This document shows, in pieces, positions 21,065-32,233 of a stretch of DNA of 64,000 bases. Each line of letters opens with the position of its first letter. The first letter of the stretch is position 1. The position numbers were made by a program, and so were the translations under genes. The notes under the pieces are model-generated. The model was not told the origin of the DNA and did no database searches. It was given only the letters and a program-made list of their open reading frames with translations. The DNA is from Opitutales bacterium. GTDB lineage: Bacteria; Verrucomicrobiota; Verrucomicrobiia; Opitutales; UBA2987. The stretch lies in the NCBI GenBank assembly GCA_965226885.1, contig CBDDEL010000013.1, positions 384,001 through 448,000 on the forward strand, given 5' to 3'.

Positions 21065-21974
21065 ACGCCTTGGGCCCGGCTCGTCGGCCTCCGGCCTCCT
21101 CACCGACCCCAAGCCAATCCCCAAAACCAACTCCCAAACCCTAAACCTTGACGTACCTGCAATTACTAACCTAAACCTTATTCCAAGCGTACCGGTTTTA
21201 CCCCGACCCCCGTACCGGTTTCATCCCGGCGTTTACACACGGATCGGTTATGAGGAAAGACTTCATCATAAGTGCTCCAAAAGTCGCTGTAGGTGGCACA
21301 TCTTTTGTAGGCCCGTGGCAGACGCTCGTAAAGTTCCCGGCAACGATACCAATCCCGAGGCCCAATGGCATAGGAGAGGATTTGACGGGTGCGTCGGCAA
21401 AGAGCGATCCAAACCCATTGGGCATCGCTCTTGCGCCCCACAAAAGACCATAGTTCGTCCAGTTCAATGACATCATGGCGGCGGGCCGCAAGAATCGTGC
21501 TTTTGAGCGGTCGCAGCGATTGTCGTTTTTTTTAACCAACTCAAAACGGTGTTGGGACTCACCCCGAAGGCGCGCTGTAAACCGCGTAGACTGCTGCGGT
21601 CCTGATAGACTCGAAGGATCATTTCTTTTTGCTCTTCGGTGTATTTCACTGTGGGGTTTTCGCGGCTTTGTTTACCACAATCATGGCAGCGGTAGCGCTG
21701 TTTATGGTTGGGCGTCTTGCCAAATTTAATGATATTTTCACTTCCACAGTGCCGACAATTAATAATTTTAGTAACCATGCACTAAAAATAAACTGCCTAA
21801 CTCTATTTGTACAGCTAAAAATACAAAATAACATTCTTTTTTTATACACTACCCGATCTTCCAGGTTGACCAAGACCAGTCATGCCATCCCCGGAATTGG
21901 CTGCCTTAGATTTGGCCAAAAAAAGCCCTTCCCTTATGGCGAACGAAACTTCTATGCACAACTGCCAGCCAGGT

Positions 21975-22145
21975 TGATCGGACCCCATCTTTGCTACCAC
22001 TTTAAGTGAGAGTATTTCCTTAGGTTTGGTATTGTAGGTTTTGCAGCGGGTGGCGCAATGAGGCCGTAGGCCGAATGGAGCCAGCCGCTGCTTTGTTGAT
22101 TGTTCGCCAGAGTCTGGCAAATGTATTTGGGGAGAGAAAGCCTAA
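21975..22145 (-). mobile_element. Right-end remnant of a second, different IS3-family element
   Basis: Minus strand reads LGFLSPNTFARLWRTINKAAAGSIRPTASLRHPLQNLQYQT*, like an IS3 OrfB tail, followed by a …GGGGTCCGATCA end; cut by IS1380 at 22146. Confidence 0.65.
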
Positions 22146-23141
22146 CCCGGATATTTCGTAAAAAAAGTATCGTTGATATGCTTAACTGCTGATATACAGC
22201 AGGATAGATCAATAATTAAAGCAATATCAGCGATGACAAAAGGTAAACAATTAAAGCTACAGTTGACAAGGGTAAAAGGCCGCCGTGTGCGGGTTGATTT
22301 CAAGGGCGGAGAGGTTACTTCGGATGCCGGACTGCTTTTGATCCGGGAAGTGGATCGGCAGTTGGGCTTGACCGAACGAGCGGCCCGACAGTTAGTGGAC
22401 AAACGGCAGAAGGGCAAAGTACGCCATGAGGTATTGGGGATGCTGCGGCAGCGCGTTTACGGGCTGGTGGCGGGCTATGAGGATTTGAACGACTTTGATA
22501 CCCTGCGCCACGATCCATTGTTAGCAAACGGTAACGGGGCGCATTGAAACGTTGGCCAGCGCGCCGACTTTGTGTCGTTTTGAAAACGGGCAGGATCGGC
22601 GGGCGGCCTTTGCGGTAAACGAGCTGTTGGTCGAACAGTTCATGGGCTCCTTTGCCGAGGAACCCGAAGAGATCATCCTGGACTTTGACGCCACCGACAA
22701 TCCGGTGCACGGGCTCCAGGAGGGACGTTTTTTCCACGGTTATTATGATCATTACTGTTTTCTGCCGCTATATGTTTTTTGCGGTGATCAGCTGCTGGTG
22801 GCCTACCTGCGGCCGAGCAAGATCGATGCCAGCAAGCATGCCGGGGCCATCCTCAAATTGCTGGTTAAACGGATTCGCCAAAGCTGGCCCCGTACGCGGA
22901 TTATTTGGCGCGCCGACAGTGGATTTTGTCGAGACCGGATACTCTCTTGGTGCGACCGCAACGAAGTTAGCCCGGATATTTCATGAAGGGTAAAGTTTGG
23001 CTCGTTATTGCTATTGGAGATGGATTTCTTTGTATTTTGAGCAGATCGTCTTGATTTTTAGGTGTTTTTCAGGGTGTAGAGACACTGCCCCCTTTCCCCC
23101 ATTGATGTGCACTGGAAAAAGTGGACACGAGATTCTCCTAA

Positions 23142-23453
23142 ATGGAGAATCGAAGCATGGGAAGAAGACGCTTTAGTATAGAGTTCAAAAATGAGGCAGT
23201 TCAACTGATGATACTCGATGGTCTGAGCGCCACCGAGGTATCGACCAAACTTGGGGTCAACACCAACCAATTGTATAGGTGGAAGAGGCTCTATCTGGAC
23301 GATCAGCAGGGCGAAGCCACCTCAAAGCGACAGAGCAGTCCGAAGGAGATGGCGGCCGAGATAGATCGTCTTCGCAAAGAGCTGCGCCGCTCGGAGCGGA
23401 TCAACCAGATACTAAAAAAAACGGTGGGCTACTTTGCCAAGGACGAACAATGA
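23142..23453 (+). CDS. IS3 OrfA (HTH)
   Basis: RRRFSIEFK..AV, LGV…LYRW, ILKK on an A8 run near the OrfA/OrfB junction. Confidence 0.88.
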   Translation: MENRSMGRRRFSIEFKNEAVQLMILDGLSATEVSTKLGVNTNQLYRWKRLYLDDQQGEATSKRQSSPKEMAAEIDRLRKELRRSERINQILKKTVGYFAKDEQ

Positions 23454-24366
23454 AGTACCAGTTTGTCAAAGACAACGAGGGGCGCTTCAAGATCGAGGAA
23501 ATATGCTCGGCGATGGGGATTTGTCGCAGTGGCTATTACTGCTGGAGGCACCGAGCGCCCTCGGCCCGGCGGATCGAGGACGAGGGAATCAAGGGGGCGA
23601 TCCTGAAGGTACACAAAGAGGCCAAGGGCCGCTATGGGCATCGGCCAATGCACCGCCATCTGAAGGATGATGAGGGCATCGATTGCGGCCGTGACCGGGC
23701 TCTGCGTCTGATGCGTGAAATGGGAATCAAAAGCACCCAGAGTAAACGCTTTAAGCCATTAAAAACCAACAGTAACCATCCCTATGGTTACAGCCCCAAT
23801 GTGCTTAAAAAGCATGGCCAGCCGACCCATATCGACGAGGTCTGGGTGGCGGACACGACCTACCTACGGACCCTGGCCGGTTGGATGTACTTGGCCACGG
23901 TGATGGACCTGTTCAGCCGACGCCTGCTGGGCTGGAGCGTTTCCAACCACAACGACGCGAAGCTGGTTGGCAAGGCCCTCAAAGCCGCGGCCATGACCCG
24001 CGGCACACTGCGCACCGGGATTATTCATCACAGCGATCGGGGCAGCCCCTACGCCAGCGACGACTATCAGAGGCTGGTCTCTGACTAGGCATGAAGCCGA
24101 GCATGAGCGCCCAAGGCAACTGCTACGACAACGCGGCCATGGAATCGTTCTACGGCCGCTTCAAGACCAGCACGATTCGAGGCCGCCACTTTGCCGACGA
24201 GCGCGAACTGCGATCAACTGTCTTCGAATACGTGGAAATCTTCTACAACCGATATCGCAAACATTCCTCTCTGAGTTACCAAAGCCCAGTCCAATTCGAG
24301 GAAAATATTTGCCCCCCATGGGGGGCAACGAGAAAACAAAACCCTTTACCAAAACAAGCCGCCTGA
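23450..24366 (+). pseudogene. IS3 OrfB integrase, frameshifted at about 24086-24090
   Basis: WVADTTY, DLFSR, HHSDRGS, then GACTAGGCATG breaks the frame before SMSAQGNCYDNAAMESF. Confidence 0.85.
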
Positions 24367-24469
24367 CACACTAATCAATAAACAATGAATATAAGAGAAT
24401 CCCGTGTCCAACAAATCCAGTACACGTCACATTGGTTCGGTAGTGCCGGGGGCAGCACCAATGCACCCT

Positions 24470-25780
24470 TTAGGTTGGCACCAATCGGCGGGCCGCATGG
24501 TTGAAAAGACTGGCCCAAGGATAACTCTCACTTAGGTGAAAGTGAATCGTTCGGGTGTTGCGCACGATGACCGCTCCGATCTTGATTAATTTGAGCCGCA
24601 GGGTGTGGCATTGGGCCCGCGCCCACTTCGTCCCTTTTAAGGCTAACCGGCGCATGGCTTCCATCAAGGTGTAGGCCAGCGCCGACAAGAGCAATCGCCA
24701 CTGATTGGCCCACCATTGATGGGCGCTGGTGCGCTCGCTGAACAATTGCATCTGTTCCTTGATTCGGTTCTCCATTTCACCGCGGCCACAGTATACCTTG
24801 TCGTAAAGCTCCTGGGGATCGCCCGGCAGGTTCGTCACCACGAAGCGCGGGTTGGACCCCTGTGCGGTGTGTTCGGCTTTATGGATGACCAACCGCAGCC
24901 ATCGCCACGAATCGGCAGCATAGACGAAGTCCTGGAATAACCGTTGTTTTTTACCCCTTAGTTCGAACCATTCTTTGGCCTGCTTTTGCAACTGCTGGGC
25001 GTCTTGCTGCAAGCGTGCATTGCGAGCCATCCCCACGATGTAACTAACTTCGTTGCGGTCGCACCAAGAGAGTATCCGGTCTCGACAAAATCCACTGTCG
25101 GCGCGCCAAATAATCCGCGTACGGGGCCAGCTTTGGCGAATCCGTTTAACCAGCAATTTGAGGATGGCCCCGGCATGCTTGCTGGCATCGATCTTGCTCG
25201 GCCGCAGGTAGGCCACCAGCAGCTGATCACCGCAAAAAACATATAGCGGCAGAAAACAGTAATGATCATAATAACCGTGGAAAAAACGTCCCTCCTGGAG
25301 CCCGTGCACCGGATTGTCGGTGCCGTCAAAGTCCAGGATGATCTCTTCGGGTTCCTCGGCAAAGGAGCCCATGAACTGTTCGACCAACAGCTCGTTTACC
25401 GCAAAGGCCGCCCGCCGATCCTGCCCGTTTTCAAAACGACACAAAGTCGGCGCGCTGGCCAACGTTTCAATGCGCCCCGTTACCGTTTGCAACAATGGAT
25501 CGTGGCGCAGGGTATCAAAGTCGTTCAAATCCTCATAGCCCGCCACCAGCCCGTAAACGCGCTGCCGCAGCATCCCCAATACCTCATGGCGTACTTTGCC
25601 CTTCTGCCGTTTGTCCACTAACTGTCGGGCCGCTCGTTCGGTCAAGCCCAACTGCCGATCCACTTCCCGGATCAAAAGCAGTCCGGCATCCGAAGTAACC
25701 TCTCCGCCCTTGAAATCAACCCGCACACGGCGGCCTTTTACCCTTGTCAACTGTAGCTTTAATTGTTTACCTTTTGTCAT
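24470..25780 (-). CDS. IS1380-family transposase (DFDGT variant)
   Basis: Full-length ORF. Confidence 0.92.
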   Translation of the reverse strand: MTKGKQLKLQLTRVKGRRVRVDFKGGEVTSDAGLLLIREVDRQLGLTERAARQLVDKRQKGKVRHEVLGMLRQRVYGLVAGYEDLNDFDTLRHDPLLQTVTGRIETLASAPTLCRFENGQDRRAAFAVNELLVEQFMGSFAEEPEEIILDFDGTDNPVHGLQEGRFFHGYYDHYCFLPLYVFCGDQLLVAYLRPSKIDASKHAGAILKLLVKRIRQSWPRTRIIWRADSGFCRDRILSWCDRNEVSYIVGMARNARLQQDAQQLQKQAKEWFELRGKKQRLFQDFVYAADSWRWLRLVIHKAEHTAQGSNPRFVVTNLPGDPQELYDKVYCGRGEMENRIKEQMQLFSERTSAHQWWANQWRLLLSALAYTLMEAMRRLALKGTKWARAQCHTLRLKLIKIGAVIVRNTRTIHFHLSESYPWASLFNHAARRLVPT

Positions 25781-25867
25781 CGCTGATATTGCTTTAATTA
25801 TTGATCTATCCTGCTGTATATCAGCAGTTAAGCATATCAACGATACTTTTTTTACGAAATATCCGGG

Positions 25868-27214
25868 TTAGGTTGGCACCAACCGGCGGGCCGCATGGTT
25901 GAAAAGACTGGCCCATGGATAACTTTCACTTAGATGAAAGTGAATCGTTCGGGTGTTGCGCACGATTACCGCTCCGATCTTGATTAATTTTAGCCGTAGA
26001 CTGTGGCATTGGAGCCGCGCCCACTTCGTCCCTTTTAATGCGAACCGGCGCAAGGCTTCCATCAAGGTGTAGGCCAGCCCCGACAAGAGCAATCGCCACT
26101 GGTTGGCCCACCATTTATGCGCGCTGGTGCGTTCGCTGAACAATTGCATCTGTTCCTTGATCCGGTTCTCCATCTCACCGCGGCCACAGTATACTTTGTC
26201 GTAAAGCTCTTGGGGATCGCCCTGCAGGTTCGTCACCACGAAGCGCGGGTTGGACCCCTGTGCGGTGTGTTCGGCTTTGTGGATGATAAGGCGTTGGCGC
26301 CGCCACGATTTTGCCCCATACTCGAAGTGCTGAAACAGCCGTTGCTTTTTGCCGCTACCCTCGAACCATTGTTTGGCTTGCTCCTGCAACTGCCGGGCCG
26401 CTTGCTGCAAGCGTGCATGGCGGGCCGTTCCCACTATAAAATAAACCTCGTTGCGCTCGCACCACGAGAGAATCCGATCCCGGCAGAATCCGCTGTCGGC
26501 ACGCCAAATAATCCGCGTATGGGGCCAGCTTTGGCGAATCCGTTTAACCAGCAATTTGAGGATGGCCCCGGCATGCTTGCTCGCATCGATCTTGCTGGGC
26601 CGCAGGTAGGCCACCAGAAGCTGATCGCCGCAAAAAACATACAGCGGCAAAAAACAGTAATGATCATAATAACCGTGGAAAAAACGTCCCTCCTGGAGCC
26701 CGTGCACCGGATTGTCGGTGGCGTCAAAGTCCAGGATGATCTCTTCGGGTTCCTCGGCAAAGGATCCGATGAACTGTTCGACCAGCAACTCGTTCAGGGC
26801 AAAGGCTGCCCGCCGATCCTGCCCGTTTTCAAAACGACACAAAGTCGGCGCGCTGGCCAACGCTTCAGTGCGCCCCGTTACCGTTTGCAACAAAGGATCG
26901 CGGCGCAGGGTGTCAAAGTCGTTCAAATCCTCATGGCGCACTTTGCCCTTCTGCCGTTTGTCTACTAATTGCCGGGCCGCTTGCTCGGTCAAGCCCAACC
27001 GCCGATCCACTTCCCGGATCAAAAGCAGCCCGGCATCCGAAGTAACCTCACCGCCCTTAAAATCAACCCGCACACGGCGGCCTTTTACCCTTGTCAACTG
27101 TAGTTCTAATTGTTTACTTTTTGTCATCGCTGATATTGCTTTAATGTTTAATCTATCCTGCTGTATATCAGCAGATAAGCATATCAGCGATACTTTTTTT
27201 ATGAAATTTCCGGG
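25868..27214 (-). mobile_element. Divergent IS1380 isoform (copy C) lacking its right end; 419-aa transposase at 25868-27127 with a 51-bp in-frame deletion
   Basis: Many substitutions versus the major copy; left IR CCCGGAAATTTC; copy B abuts it at the TTAG of its stop codon. Confidence 0.9.
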
Positions 27215-27965
27215 CTAGCCCGGATATTTCATGAAGGGTAAAGTTTGGCTCGTTATTGCTATTGGAGATGGATTTCTTTGTATTTTGAGCAGATCGTCTT
27301 GATTTTTAGGTGTTTTTCAGGGTGTAGAGACACTGCCCCCTTTCCCCCATTGGTTCGGTAGTGCCGGGGGCAGCACCAATGCACCCTTTAGGTTGGCACC
27401 AATCGGCGGGCCGCATGGTTGAAAAGACTGGCCCAAGGATAACTCTCACTTAGGTGAAAGTGAATCGTTCGGGTGTTGCGCACGATGACCGCTCCGATCT
27501 TGATTAATTTGAGCCGCAGGGTGTGGCATTGGGCCCGCGCCCACTTCGTCCCTTTTAAGGCTAACCGGCGCATGGCTTCCATCAAGGTGTAGGCCAGCGC
27601 CGACAAGAGCAATCGCCACTGATTGGCCCACCATTGATGGGCGCTGGTGCGCTCGCTGAACAATTGCATCTGTTCCTTGATTCGGTTCTCCATTTCACCG
27701 CGGCCACAGTATACCTTGTCGTAAAGCTCCTGGGGATCGCCCGGCAGGTTCGTCACCACGAAGCGCGGGTTGGACCCCTGTGCGGTGTGTTCGGCTTTAT
27801 GGATGACCAACCGCAGCCATCGCCACGAATCGGCAGCATAGACGAAGTCCTGGAATAACCGTTGTTTTTTACCCCTTAGTTCGAACCATTCTTTGGCCTG
27901 CTTTTGCAACTGCTGGGCGTCTTGCTGCAAGCGTGCATTGCGAGCCATCCCCACGATGTAACTAA

Positions 27966-29532
27966 CCCGGATATTTCATGAAGGGTAAAGTTTGGCTCGT
28001 TATTGCTATTGGAGATGGATTTCTTTGTATTTTGAGCAGATCGTCTTGATTTTTAGGTGTTTTTCAGGGTGTAGAGACACTGCCCCCTTTCCCCCATTGG
28101 TTCGGTAGTGCCGGGGGCAGCACCAATGCACCCTTTAGGTTGGCACCAATCGGCGGGCCGCATGGTTGAAAAGACTGGCCCAAGGATAACTCTCACTTAG
28201 GTGAAAGTGAATCGTTCGGGTGTTGCGCACGATGACCGCTCCGATCTTGATTAATTTGAGCCGCAGGGTGTGGCATTGGGCCCGCGCCCACTTCGTCCCT
28301 TTTAAGGCTAACCGGCGCATGGCTTCCATCAAGGTGTAGGCCAGCGCCGACAAGAGCAATCGCCACTGATTGGCCCACCATTGATGGGCGCTGGTGCGCT
28401 CGCTGAACAATTGCATCTGTTCCTTGATTCGGTTCTCCATTTCACCGCGGCCACAGTATACCTTGTCGTAAAGCTCCTGGGGATCGCCCGGCAGGTTCGT
28501 CACCACGAAGCGCGGGTTGGACCCCTGTGCGGTGTGTTCGGCTTTATGGATGACCAACCGCAGCCATCGCCACGAATCGGCAGCATAGACGAAGTCCTGG
28601 AATAACCGTTGTTTTTTACCCCTTAGTTCGAACCATTCTTTGGCCTGCTTTTGCAACTGCTGGGCGTCTTGCTGCAAGCGTGCATTGCGAGCCATCCCCA
28701 CGATGTAACTAACTTCGTTGCGGTCGCACCAAGAGAGTATCCGGTCTCGACAAAATCCACTGTCGGCGCGCCAAATAATCCGCGTACGGGGCCAGCTTTG
28801 GCGAATCCGTTTAACCAGCAATTTGAGGATGGCCCCGGCATGCTTGCTGGCATCGATCTTGCTCGGCCGCAGGTAGGCCACCAGCAGCTGATCACCGCAA
28901 AAAACATATAGCGGCAGAAAACAGTAATGATCATAATAACCGTGGAAAAAACGTCCCTCCTGGAGCCCGTGCACCGGATTGTCGGTGGCGTCAAAGTCCA
29001 GGATGATCTCTTCGGGTTCCTCGGCAAAGGAGCCCATGAACTGTTCGACCAACAGCTCGTTTACCGCAAAGGCCGCCCGCCGATCCTGCCCGTTTTCAAA
29101 ACGACACAAAGTCGGCGCGCTGGCCAACGTTTCAATGCGCCCCGTTACCGTTTGCAACAATGGATCGTGGCGCAGGGTATCAAAGTCGTTCAAATCCTCA
29201 TAGCCCGCCACCAGCCCGTAAACGCGCTGCCGCAGCATCCCCAATACCTCATGGCGTACTTTGCCCTTCTGCCGTTTGTCCACTAACTGTCGGGCCGCTC
29301 GTTCGGTCAAGCCCAACTGCCGATCCACTTCCCGGATCAAAAGCAGTCCGGCATCCGAAGTAACCTCTCCGCCCTTGAAATCAACCCGCACACGGCGGCC
29401 TTTTACCCTTGTCAACTGTAGCTTTAATTGTTTACCTTTTGTCATCGCTGATATTGCTTTAATTATTGATCTATCCTGCTGTATATCAGCAGTTAAGCAT
29501 ATCAACGATACTTTTTTTACGAAATATCCGGG
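27966..29532 (-). mobile_element. IS1380 copy E (complete), nested in copy D
   Basis: IRs and CTAA TSD. Confidence 0.95.
28135..29445 (-). CDS. IS1380-family transposase
   Basis: Full-length ORF. Confidence 0.93.
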   Translation of the reverse strand: MTKGKQLKLQLTRVKGRRVRVDFKGGEVTSDAGLLLIREVDRQLGLTERAARQLVDKRQKGKVRHEVLGMLRQRVYGLVAGYEDLNDFDTLRHDPLLQTVTGRIETLASAPTLCRFENGQDRRAAFAVNELLVEQFMGSFAEEPEEIILDFDATDNPVHGLQEGRFFHGYYDHYCFLPLYVFCGDQLLVAYLRPSKIDASKHAGAILKLLVKRIRQSWPRTRIIWRADSGFCRDRILSWCDRNEVSYIVGMARNARLQQDAQQLQKQAKEWFELRGKKQRLFQDFVYAADSWRWLRLVIHKAEHTAQGSNPRFVVTNLPGDPQELYDKVYCGRGEMENRIKEQMQLFSERTSAHQWWANQWRLLLSALAYTLMEAMRRLALKGTKWARAQCHTLRLKLIKIGAVIVRNTRTIHFHLSESYPWASLFNHAARRLVPT

Positions 29533-31103
29533 CTAACTTCGTTGCGGTCGCACCAAGAGAGTATCCGGTCTCGACAAAATCCACTGTCGGCGCGCCAAAT
29601 AATCCGCGTACGGGGCCAGCTTTGGCGAATCCGTTTAACCAGCAATTTGAGGATGACCCCGGCATGCTTGCTGGCATCGATCTTGCTCGGCCGCAGGTAG
29701 GCCACCAGCAGCTGATCACCGCAAAAAACATATAGCGGCAGAAAACAGTAATGATCATAATAACCGTGGAAAAAACGTCCCTCCTGGAGCCCGTGCACCG
29801 GATTGTCGGTGGCGTCAAAGTCCAGGATGATCTCTTCGGGTTCCTCGGCAAAGGAGCCCATGAACTGTTCGACCAACAGCTCGTTTACCGCAAAGGCCGC
29901 CCGCCGATCCTGCCCGTTTTCAAAACGACACAAAGTCGGCGCGCTGGCCAACGTTTCAATGCGCCCCGTTACCGTTTGCAACAATGGATCGTGGCGCAGG
30001 GTATCAAAGTCGTTCAAATCCTCATAGCCCGCCACCAGCCCGTAAACGCGCTGCCGCAGCATCCCCAATACCTCATGGCGTACTTTGCCCTTCTGCCGTT
30101 TGTCCACTAACTGTCGGGCCGCTCGTTCGGTCAAGCCCAACTGCCGATCCACTTCCCGGATCAAAAGCAGTCCGGCATCCGAAGTAACCTCTCCGCCCTT
30201 GAAATCAACCCGCACACGGCGGCCTTTTACCCTTGTCAACTGTAGCTTTAATTGTTTACCTTTTGTCATCGCTGATATTGCTTTAATTATTGATCTATCC
30301 TGCTGTATATCAGCAGTTAAGCATATCAACGATACTTTTTTTACGAAATATCCGGGTTAGTTACATCGTGGGGATGGCTCGCAATGCACGCTTGCAGCAA
30401 GACGCCCAGCAGTTGCAAAAGCAGGCCAAAGAATGGTTCGAACTAAGGGGTAAAAAACAACGGTTATTCCAGGACTTCGTCTATGCTGCCGATTCGTGGC
30501 GATGGCTGCGGTTGGTCATCCATAAAGCCGAACACACCGCACAGGGGTCCAACCCGCGCTTCGTGGTGACGAACCTGCCGGGCGATCCCCAGGAGCTTTA
30601 CGACAAGGTATACTGTGGCCGCGGTGAAATGGAGAACCGAATCAAGGAACAGATGCAATTGTTCAGCGAGCGCACCAGCGCCCATCAATGGTGGGCCAAT
30701 CAGTGGCGATTGCTCTTGTCGGCGCTGGCCTACACCTTGATGGAAGCCATGCGCCGGTTAGCCTTAAAAGGGACGAAGTGGGCGCGGGCCCAATGCCACA
30801 CCCTGCGGCTCAAATTAATCAAGATCGGAGCGGTCATCGTGCGCAACACCCGAACGATTCACTTTCACCTAAGTGAGAGTTATCCTTGGGCCAGTCTTTT
30901 CAACCATGCGGCCCGCCGATTGGTGCCAACCTAAAGGGTGCATTGGTGCTGCCCCCGGCACTACCGAACCAATGGGGGAAAGGGGGCAGTGTCTCTACAC
31001 CCTGAAAAACACCTAAAAATCAAGACGATCTGCTCAAAATACAAAGAAATCCATCTCCAATAGCAATAACGAGCCAAACTTTACCCTTCATGAAATATCC
31101 GGG

Positions 31104-31847
31104 TTAGAGCATATTGAACAATTCTCGGTCTATAATCGCACCTTCCGGATTGATCGTATCGACCTCTGGCATAAAAATACCCGCCAGCAGTTTAAAAACG
31201 ATGTTAAGAAGAAATACCCTGTGGCTGATTTTTCCGTCAGTGAGAATGAGAAAGAAAAGCAGACGGTAATCGAGCTGTCCACACGACGGGAGCCGCTCAC
31301 AGCAATCGGTATTGTCACTCCTGACCGCAACTTTAATCGCCGAGCCCATATCGAAGTTAAAAGAATTCAATACGGCAATGAAGACTGGGTTGATATTGGC
31401 CATACCACCCTTTCAAAAATTGATTTTCAAGGTTATCGAAAAGATACGGATTTTATCGAATTCCCGGAACATCGGGAGGAGGTTTACCGCCTCATATTAA
31501 ATAATCAGGATAATCCCCCGCTGCAAATTTCAGAACTGGAAGCAATGGGGAATGTTTATGAAATTCTTTATCTCAACAATTCTGAAAACAATTACCGCCT
31601 GTTTTACGGATCCAAAACGGCCGAAAGACCCCAATACGATTTTGCCAATGTTTTAAATTCATTGCGAGAATCTAATCAATCGGCATCGGCCCATCTCACG
31701 GCGGAAATAATAAACCCCGAATACAATGCAGGTTCAGACCGGAAAGGATTTCAATTTCTGGAGAACAAATGGTTTCTTGTTTTGATAACGGCAACACTGG
31801 TAGTCACATTGGGCTGGATACTGATCTCCACAGGACGCAAAATTTAA
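31104..31847 (+). pseudogene. C-terminal fragment of a DUF3999-like protein
   Basis: Frame is open from the IS end: …DRNFNRR…NNQDNPPLQI…YRLFYGS….PQYD…INPEY, then a C-terminal TM anchor; no true start. Confidence 0.65.
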
Positions 31848-31850
31848 TCT

Positions 31851-32111
31851 ATGAACGCTGCGATTATAAAACGGTTTGATGAGCCTGACGAGGTTCGGGA
31901 GTTTGAGAAGGGCAAGTTTGAGGTCGTGCATATTGGAGATCTTGCCATTGGTCGGGCGACTTATGAGCCGGGTTGGAAATGGTCGGATCATGTGGGCAAG
32001 AAAATCGGCCAGGCTTATTGCGAGGTTGAGCATGTCGGGTTAGTTGTGAGCGGTCAGGCCGTAGCTGCCAAGGCGGACGGAGAAATGATCAAATTGATTG
32101 TCAGGATTTGA
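31851..32111 (+). pseudogene. Cupin-domain protein, apparently truncated at the C-terminus
   Basis: KRFDEPDEVREFEKG…YEPGWKWSDHV…CEVEHVGLVVSG; the second cupin motif is missing. Confidence 0.65.
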
Positions 32112-32233
32112 AAAGAATCTGGAGAAATCTCGTTCCATGAGTTCTCTATCAAGCATCGTTTTATTGAAAAACATTATTCCGGATTTCATCCGATTGCTCT
32201 AAAACATTGACCTTGCCCAGCGTTCCTTTATTC

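Larger units (their letters stand above)
18718..21237 (+). mobile_element. IS21-family element (2520 bp)
   Basis: TGT…ACA ends, imperfect IR TGTAAACGCCGGG…AAACCGGTACGG with internal repeats, 6-bp TSD CACGGA. Confidence 0.95.
18526..21853 (-). mobile_element. IS1-family element (802 bp net) interrupted by IS21; no flanking TSD
   Basis: GGTAGTGTAT IRs at both ends; InsA-like ORF 21473-21778; the InsB part is split at 18717/21238. Confidence 0.93.
23103..24429 (+). mobile_element. IS3-family element (1327 bp)
   Basis: TG…CA ends; IRs TGATGTGCACTGGAAAAAGTGGACACG / TGACGTGTACTGGATTTGTTGGACACG; 3-bp TSD CAT. Confidence 0.93.
22971..25867 (-). mobile_element. IS1380 copy B, with an IS3 inserted in its 3' non-coding end
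   Basis: IRs at 22971 and 25867; transposase intact. Confidence 0.93.
27219..30356 (-). mobile_element. IS1380 copy D, split (27219-27965 and 29533-30356) by copy E
   Basis: The two parts sum to 1567 bp; CTAA duplicated at 27962-27965 and 29533-29536. Confidence 0.92.
22146..31103 (+). mobile_element. IS1380 copy A, split into 22146-22970 and 30357-31103 by a 7.4-kb block of further IS1380 copies; also has a +1 insertion at 22523
   Basis: Left IR at 22146, right IR at 31103; internal TTAG duplicated at 22967-22970 and 30357-30360; outer flanks CTAA and TTAG do not match. Confidence 0.9.

Noticed and set aside
22521..22526. Programmed frameshift in IS1380 copy A
   Set aside because: A single extra A found in one copy only; a mutation or sequencing error
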